NCBI GenBank assembly: GCA_965206745.1
Contig: OZ242220.1
Coordinates: 1,440,001-1,504,000, forward strand
Source of the DNA: Nitrosopumilus sp.
GTDB lineage: Archaea; Thermoproteota; Nitrososphaeria; Nitrososphaerales; Nitrosopumilaceae
Length of the DNA: 64,000 nucleotides
Reading direction: 5' to 3'
Part shown: positions 63,601-64,000 of the stretch, one piece after another
How positions within the stretch are numbered: the stretch's first letter is position 1
Layout of the letters: every line of letters begins with the position of its first letter
Made by a program: the position numbers and the translations under genes
Notes under the pieces: model-generated
Database searches by the model: none
The model's input: the letters and a program-made list of their open reading frames with translations, nothing else
Told to the model about the DNA's origin: nothing

Positions 63601-63999
63601 GTATGCGACAATTTGTGGCCGATCGTCTCCTGGCGTGGGTTCAGTATCAGTTATGGTAAATATGATAGGCTCTGTGGTGGCCGGTGCACCTGCAGCATCA
63701 GTTAAGGTGAATGTGAAATCTACCTCGGTGCCGCCGTACCCAGCACTGGGAATCCACAGGAATGTGCCATTTTCTGGATGAATCGTCGCATCCGCATTGG
63801 CAGTAGCATCACTAGATGATACGCTCCACCTTGGCAGAGGATCGTTTGTGTCCTCATCAGAGCCGCTTGCGACAAATGATATTATTTCAAACTCAGAGTA
63901 TGTCCTGGGACCCGGAATCAGATCAATTGTAGGTGCCCGGTTGTCGTTGTCTACAGTTAACGTACTGTACTGTATATCAGATACTCCGGTGCCGTCCTG
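42661..63999 (-). CDS. Giant acidic cadherin/Ig-like repeat surface protein, at least 7112 aa, 5' end outside the window
   Basis: I read the frame upstream of the ORF-track start (63504) to 63999 and found no stop (QDGTGVSDIQYSTLTV...); recurring roughly 100-aa domains with N.NR.P, D.D..D and G.F.W.P motifs. Confidence 0.92.
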   Translation of the reverse strand, partial: QDGTGVSDIQYSTLTVDNDNRAPTIDLIPGPRTYSEFEIISFVASGSDEDTNDPLPRWSVSSSDATANADATIHPENGTFLWIPSAGYGGTEVDFTFTLTDAAGAPATTEPIIFTITDTEPTPGDDRPQIVAYSQSILEGQDVPSLSITVSDPAEDSVVGAISYALVPSGTTLPEDIAESFVPATGDFSATFPFNTTGSDPGFVQYDITWTYTDGSDESPYEQTDTITVNNFNRAPVITTPNGIADTPAQFQAVEFTFEGMDEDTDDTTGEAAPIWGISPNDDGAIIDPATGEFLWIPGQEHIGAVSFNVTLTDPAGARDTEKIDFVVSETALTPTNDEYDTFDYNVGIPEGQRIPSLSSAISDPAETSTDDDIVYRIVSSNLPDDVRGSFDQTTGAFDDPFPFTTASHREPTRTYDIQWTYEDGSTRGESLTQDGTITVTNYNQRPMISDDYLDVIDTTPLEHQAMRINFNGTDDDVTDADPVWAVQANATTDATINPVNGIFTWTPDESHGGSTVAFTITYTDPPGDLDTRTVLFEVAETNTQAPIPATPYTVDVNEGDSIPTSLADVVDDPDDPPSEITYARVLGQPLPDGITLNPDGTFEGTVSHDATTAGDSPEPFEFMWRYTDDVESISQTGTITVTDVQIVVAPDGSSTHREGETVDIPLGATGPDGTITTPDGTITTPDGTITTPDGTITTPGGTIITPGGTITTPGSTIRTPDGTIITPDGTITTPDGTRITLAGTITIPDGTIITPDGIRITPGGTIITTEGTIITLGGVSVTPDGTITTQFGTITTQFGTITIPDGTIITPDGTIITPGGTIITPDGTITTPDGTIITPGGVTCTITDPRNLPDDLIFDEMNCAITGTISDNVVPDGELSRQFTIEYDATNTVDTASGTYTLTVNAVTSPFDMYAETVPEGDAVPPLSDFVNNLDESSETPPRYAIVDGIGNLSMVAVTLNENTGAFSPVIPFDTVSFEQEFQFFTFAWTFTDGSGTTSPNQPGTLNVTNLNQLPTIQVPDGTPELIFVGQNVPVALLGGDDDTNDDPPTWSVSSNDSDANTDATISQSGVFSWTPRDVHGGTGVEFTFSITDEEGIPATAIHTFTVDPNNVPTFASYTERIQEDAPIPSLSDAVTNPEEAEADLVSTYNITSHNLPDDIRGSFDTATGDFSATFPFDTVSALEGSVTYEIEWTFEDGTGTSPMQYSTITVENNNRLPTVDPIPGPRTYSEFEIISFTVRGFDEDTNDPLPRWSVSDNATVSTDAEIHLENGAFLWIPDESRGGSTILFTFNLTDAAGELDTETVIFNIIDTPNTSGDDPPRIVSYSQTVLEGQDVPSLSIAVSDPAEDGTVGAISYTFVSSDPPLPVAIGATGDFSATFPFDTVNSDPGFVTYNITWTYTDGTGTSDEQFAILTVNNDNRAPVITTRTGFNENPTELQTVSFDFEGMDEDTDTGDDPPTWSISPNDDGAYINSTSGAFTWIVGDQYDEGDTVSFNVTLTDPVGDKDDVPLDFTITNVDDTPDVNEEPAIFRYVRGVLEGSPIPSLSELVRDPVEVPPDGAIRYELLDISPDLPDDVDFDENTGDFDGSFPFNTTDSDPGFIRYEITWMYTDGSGAVPEEQFGSLRVNNDNREPVIGATPSFVSPSPGDTLQFTMTGDDPDTDSATGEAAPTWSISPNDDGAEIGRTSGLFTWTPDDTHASTTASFKLTLTDPAGDKDDRIITVDVQERTEPPQSVEPTFTSYTERVAENSVIPSLSDAVDPDTIPPGATLVYDIGEGTLPESLKDLLNTNTGAFRNVIPYDTVSALEDPATYEFEWTLTYNSVTSPVQHGILTVENENRAPTIDLIPGPRTYSEFEIISFIASGSDEDTNDPLPRWSVSSADATVDATIHPENGTFLWIPGESHAGTVDVIFTLTDAADEQVTRTVPFVITDTPNTPESDPPRIVQYSQSILEGQDVPSLSIVVSDPAEDSPDGTISYTFVSSDPPLPGITIDSATGDFSDTFPFDTADSDPGFVNYNITWTYTDDTNPSPPQMFAILTVNNDNREPVITPPNGINNTPAQFQAVSYDFEGMDPDTDDTTGEAAPIWGISPNNDGAIINPATGDFLWIPGGQYGDGDTVSFNITLTDPIGARATEEIEFTVSETELTPTIDEIPDLSEYNAGVSEGGRIPPLSSAVSDPVESSSGTIVYTLESSDPPLPAVVSGSFDETTGAFDASFPFDTATYADPTRVYTIQWTYDDGVNTPEPVRAGTITVTNYNRAPVIDGTSGIDRNPSEGQTVFFTLFGSDPDTRTATVAGDDPPEWTVQANATNNAVIDRINGAFTWPTDHTHGGSTVEFTFVLTDPGKKVVTRIITFDVAEIIGLPGTVTNGYAASVNEGQTIDFPLSDAVDDPGDPTSPITYTHESGELPLGIDLNPDGSFVGTVSHDATTAEDSPEPFTFMWRYSDGPTESLIQTSTIHVTDVPTVPESVVPTFTSYTERVAENSVIPSLSDAVDPDTIPPGATLVYDIGEGTLPESLKDLLNTNTGAFRNVIPYDTVSALEDPATYEFEWTLTYNSVTSPVQHGILTVENENRAPTIDLIPGPRTYSEFEIISFIASGSDEDTNDPLPRWSVSSADATVDATIHPENGTFLWIPGESHAGTVDVIFTLTDAADEQVTRTVPFVITDTPNTPESDPPRIVQYSQSILEGQDVPSLSIVVSDPAEDSPDGTISYTFVSSDPPLPGITIDSATGDFSDTFPFDTADSDPGFVNYNITWTYTDDTNPSPPQMFAILTVNNDNREPVITPPNGINNTPAQFQAVSYDFEGMDPDTDDTTGEAAPIWGISPNNDGAIINPATGDFLWIPGGQYGDGDTVSFNITLTDPIGARATEEIEFTVSETELTPTIDEIPDLSEYNAGVSEGGRIPPLSSAVSDPVEDSTTGTPVYTLESSDPPLPAVVSGSFDETTGAFDASFPFDTATYADPTRVYTIQWTYDDGVNTPEPVRAGTITVTNYNRAPVIDGPSGAVDDTPDEGELVSVDFEGMDPDTDTGDDEPEWTVQANATNNAVIDQDGIFTWTPGESHGSSTVHFIITLTDPGEKVATYTIAFDVAETNAPPSLSDTPYSEQVREGDSVLRSLSGAINDPDDTLFPIIRYTHESGELPLGIRLNPDDGTFEGTVSHNATTNALSPERFEFRWTYNDDGNGPNANITQTSSIEVINVNLAPTINTPDTFDPTPNVGDLVEIQFTATHLDGDEELVWSLERGNDQGAEIDARTGFFTYTPPHFHEGGFADRTVQVTDGIITTPATRIIEFTIPVRDPIITIPPDADTTAVVGDPVTFVVTGEDPDGNTLTWSLSDDSSTATGAVLNATTGSSIEFTWTPAEAHIGPNEFTFTLSDGRGGSSTEPHTIIVSAAASELPDTSGPYTVDVDEGQQIPTSLASVIVGVESVPGITYDIVLTEALPSGITLNRDDGTFAGTVPHDATTAGNSPRPFPFEWTYSVGESTSGSQPGTILVDDVSTITAPNGTSTRTEGETVDIPLGATGPGGVTCTITDPRNLPDDLIFDEMNCAITGTISDNVVPDGELSRQFTIEYDATNTVDTASGTYTLTVNAVTSPFDMYAETVPEGDAVPPLSDFVNNLDESSETPPRYAIVDGIGNLSMVAVTLNENTGAFSPVIPFDTVSFEQEFQFFTFAWTFTDGSGTTSPNQPGTLNVTNLNQLPTIQVPDGTPELIFVGQNVPVALLGGDDDTNDDPPTWSVSSNDSDANTDATISQSGVFSWTPRDVHGGTGVEFTFSITDEEGIPATAIHTFTVDPNNVPTFASYTERIQEDAPIPSLSDAVTNPEEAEADLVSTYNITSHNLPDDIRGSFDTATGDFSATFPFDTVSALEGSVTYEIEWTFEDGTGTSPMQYSTITVENNNRLPTVDPIPGPRTYSEFEIISFTVRGFDEDTNDPLPRWSVSDNATVSTDAEIHLENGAFLWIPDESRGGSTILFTFNLTDAAGELDTETVIFNIIDTPNTSGDDPPRIVSYSQTVLEGQDVPSLSIAVSDPAEDGTVGAISYTFVSSDPPLPVAIGATGDFSATFPFDTVNSDPGFVTYNITWTYTDGTGTSDEQFAILTVNNDNRAPVITTRTGFNENPTELQTVSFDFEGMDEDTDTGDDPPTWSISPNDDGAYINSTSGAFTWIVGDQYDEGDTVSFNVTLTDPVGDKDDVPLDFTITNVDDTPDVNEEPAIFRYVRGVLEGSPIPSLSELVRDPVEVPPDGAIRYELLDISPDLPDDVDFDENTGDFDGSFPFNTTDSDPGFIRYEITWMYTDGSGAVPEEQFGSLRVNNDNREPVIGATPSFVSPSPGDTLQFTMTGDDPDTDSATGEAAPTWSISPNDDGAEIGRTSGLFTWTPDDTHASTTASFKLTLTDPAGDKDDRIITVDVQERTEPPQSVEPTFTSYTERVAENSVIPSLSDAVDPDTIPPGATLVYDIGEGTLPESLKDLLNTNTGAFRNVIPYDTVSALEDPATYEFEWTLTYNSVTSPVQHGILTVENENRAPTIDLIPGPRTYSEFEIISFIASGSDEDTNDPLPRWSVSSADATVDATIHPENGTFLWIPGESHAGTVDVIFTLTDAADEQVTRTVPFVITDTPNTPESDPPRIVQYSQSILEGQDVPSLSIVVSDPAEDSPDGTISYTFVSSDPPLPGITIDSATGDFSDTFPFDTADSDPGFVNYNITWTYTDDTNPSPPQMFAILTVNNDNREPVITPPNGINNTPAQFQAVSYDFEGMDPDTDDTTGEAAPIWGISPNNDGAIINPATGDFLWIPGGQYGDGDTVSFNITLTDPIGARATEEIEFTVSETELTPTIDEIPDLSEYNAGVSEGGRIPPLSSAVSDPVESSSGTIVYTLESSDPPLPAVVSGSFDETTGAFDASFPFDTATYADPTRVYTIQWTYDDGVNTPEPVRAGTITVTNYNRAPVIDGPSGAVDDTPDEGELVSVDFEGMDPDTDTGDDEPEWTVQANATNNAVIDQDGIFTWTPGESHGSSTVHFIITLTDPGEKVATYTIAFDVAETNAPPSLSDTPYSEQVREGDSVLRSLSGAINDPDDTLFPIIRYTHESGELPLGIRLNPDDGTFEGTVSHNATTNALSPERFEFRWTYNDDGNGPNANITQTSSIEVINVNLAPTINTPDTFDPTPNVGDLVEIQFTATHLDGDEELVWSLERGNDQGAEIDARTGFFTYTPPHFHEGGFADRTVQVTDGIITTPATRIIEFTIPVRDPIITIPPDADTTAVVGDPVTFVVTGEDPDGNTLTWSLSDDSSTATGAVLNATTGSSIEFTWTPAEAHIGPNEFTFTLSDGRGGSSTEPHTIIVSAAASELPDTSGPYTVDVDEGQQIPTSLASVIVGVESVPGITYDIVLTEALPSGITLNRDDGTFAGTVPHDATTAGNSPRPFPFEWTYSVGESTSGSQPGTILVDDVSTITAPNGTSTRTEGETVDIPLGVTGDGEITCAPDSLLPGSLTLNAACTITGNLDLDAINDGSTSQDFAIDYTATSTTAGPDSGTYTLTVEELPSFNTYDEIVAEGDTLPSLYSEVIDSVLTPAQTISGYEVTGGNLPQGIINLLDSDTGEFDGTIPFDDVTAAQGSVTFNFNWIFADGIGSAGVQSGTITVTDVNRSPTIDDPLDYDDMPNVGEAIEPIDFEGMDPDPGDAANFAWSILDGNNEGAVINRLTGEYEFTPLSSQEGQMVTRTVQLTDGIITTPVTRDISFDIPVRDPEITIPADADPTAVVGNPVTFVVTGMDPDRNSLTWVLSPNTLGATLNATTGSNIEFSWTPAEAHIGDNEFTFTLSDGHGGSSTEPHTIIVSAASEPPTPATIGSYNFTRSENQIIPSLSSVITYPDGMPPGIIREFRYVSGDLPVAGTLNEQSGVFAGGRLPFDTVNHAEGEVIYNFVWSYEDNAGTARAEYDARLTINNNNRAPTVDPISSTAPREIIVGSPVSFIVTGDDLDRNDPLPIWRLSDNSTTTTGATLNATTGQNILFSWTPGSQFVDTTVEFTFTLTDVDNQRASVPHAITVNADTSNQNPVIAGIPNTPSQVDAGSSVTFPLTGTDPDGDPLTWSLSDDSSTATGATLNATTGRNIEFTWTPTEDHMGDTVFTFTLSDGHGGSSTEPHTITVSATSEPPTPATIGSYNFTRSENQIIPSLSSVITYPDGMPPGIIREFRYVSGDLPVAGTLNEQSGVFAGGRLPFDTVNHAEGEVIYNFVWSYEDNAGTARAEYDARLTINNNNRAPTVDPISSTAPREIIVGSPVSFIVTGDDLDRNDPLPIWRLSDNSTTTTGATLNATTGQNILFSWTPGSQFVDTTVEFTFTLTDVDNQRASVPHAITVNADTSNQEPTLSGTLYNVQVVEGNPVPGSLSITITDDVENPSSDITYTHESGELPLGIRINPDDGTFEGTVSHNATTNALSPERFEFRWTYNDDGNGPNANIMQTSSIEVTNDNLPPVINTPDLFVGLPVDFPVGLAVDVPLIIPFTAMHPDGDEPLVWSLEDGNNDQGSIDRDTGVFTFTPRDVHDGTSITRIVQVTDGIISTPVTMEIHFLIIGPIINVGHDPMIGGIPDPGLTVDEHDMLTFTLSDDDLTPNDVDGDWAIIFPTDTNAEIGRTSGIFTWTPDDTHGNTTVGFTITLTDTEPLNQDATLNIEIIVNEVNIVPEFRQYSHIIRPNQHIPDLSRAVINPTESPPDDTSIYRIKDMGSLPESIASSLNNQTGGFSAQFNSSYLESGQSSRLFEFTWSFEDGTGELSAQDGELTLRRTTNGGSNDWQKKPTFGKSWEVLPSQLVRDGFTFNGRTLDVTDNWHTDFRRTSSIIGDTNNVTMKAYAADGFRYVVLSLGVPEIGAATDAETDIILMLNRNYTSPVGYDIDEIIHEQKESLVDENKTTATVTSGACNPGSSTICHSFEISFKINAPLKSDVLAISAVDSKRRSTVTYINEGVEFAGDSLLESKTQYIVQKKTNQGPAKIITLTQQDRRYNIWEDDSGYLWTQNDHGSWFSVTSPEMERFTDGAVNVMTRMHSNFENLMQQEQDRATMIFDASKLVSIPDQTFSYDYSNPKSSVSKSEKLAEELDIEQGKAQRILDLLN
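44899..46629. repeat. Direct repeat with 936-bp period (about 44899-45693 and 45835-46629) in the giant gene
   Basis: Matching sequence at a constant 936 offset; shadow ORFs at 44972 and 45908 are identical. Confidence 0.92.
47577..56581. repeat. About 3.15-kb near-identical direct repeat (47577-50725 and 53430-56581; offset 5853/5856)
   Basis: Matching sequence at both ends; identical shadow ORFs 48451/54304 and 50006/55862; one 3-nt indel patch. Confidence 0.92.
49139..61482. repeat. About 4.28-kb near-identical direct repeat (49139-53421 and 57200-61482; offset 8061)
   Basis: Identical shadow ORFs at offset 8061 (49271/57332, 50843/58904, 52961/61022); ends checked by eye. Confidence 0.93.
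61481..61986. repeat. 21-bp coding minisatellite, about 24 units (GGGGTTRTGATTGTGCCGTCT), encoding (TPDGTI[T/I])n
   Basis: Tandem units directly visible, with scattered substitutions (TQFG, TPGG, TLAG variants). Confidence 0.95.
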
Positions 64000-64000
64000 G

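Noticed and set aside
43016-63781. Many + strand and off-frame ORFs inside the giant gene
   Set aside because: They are antisense shadows of a repetitive CDS and recur at the same offsets as the repeats

Overview
This is a chromosomal window from an ammonia-oxidising archaeon (Thaumarchaeota/Nitrososphaerota, Nitrosopumilaceae-like). The assignment rests on the 11-subunit complex I operon (nuoABCDHIJKMLN, no EFG), the acetyl/propionyl-CoA carboxylase cluster of the 3HP/4HB cycle, archaeal RFC, ABCE1 and Ard1, a stand-alone 5S rRNA, and two archaeal-type tRNAs (Ile2-CAT, and Glu-TTC with a 15-nt BHB intron in the T-loop). About 1-9 kb and 18-42 kb are mostly core genes. About 9-18 kb, downstream of the tRNA-Ile 3' end, looks accessory: a two-component pair, a transposase-like relic and a 990-aa HYR/Ig surface protein. 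The last third (42661 to the window end) is one uninterrupted reading frame of at least 7112 aa that runs off the window edge. It encodes an acidic, cadherin/Ig-like giant surface protein. It is built from nested, near-identical multi-kb in-frame duplications (offsets 8061, 5853/5856, 2205/2208 and 936 bp), carries a 21-bp minisatellite at only one of two equivalent sites, and ends in a distinct non-repetitive C-terminal domain. Other oddities are a HemA homologue lacking its catalytic Cys, a LarA-like protein, and a 55-aa ORF missed by the ORF track. All product calls come from motif recognition, not database searches.
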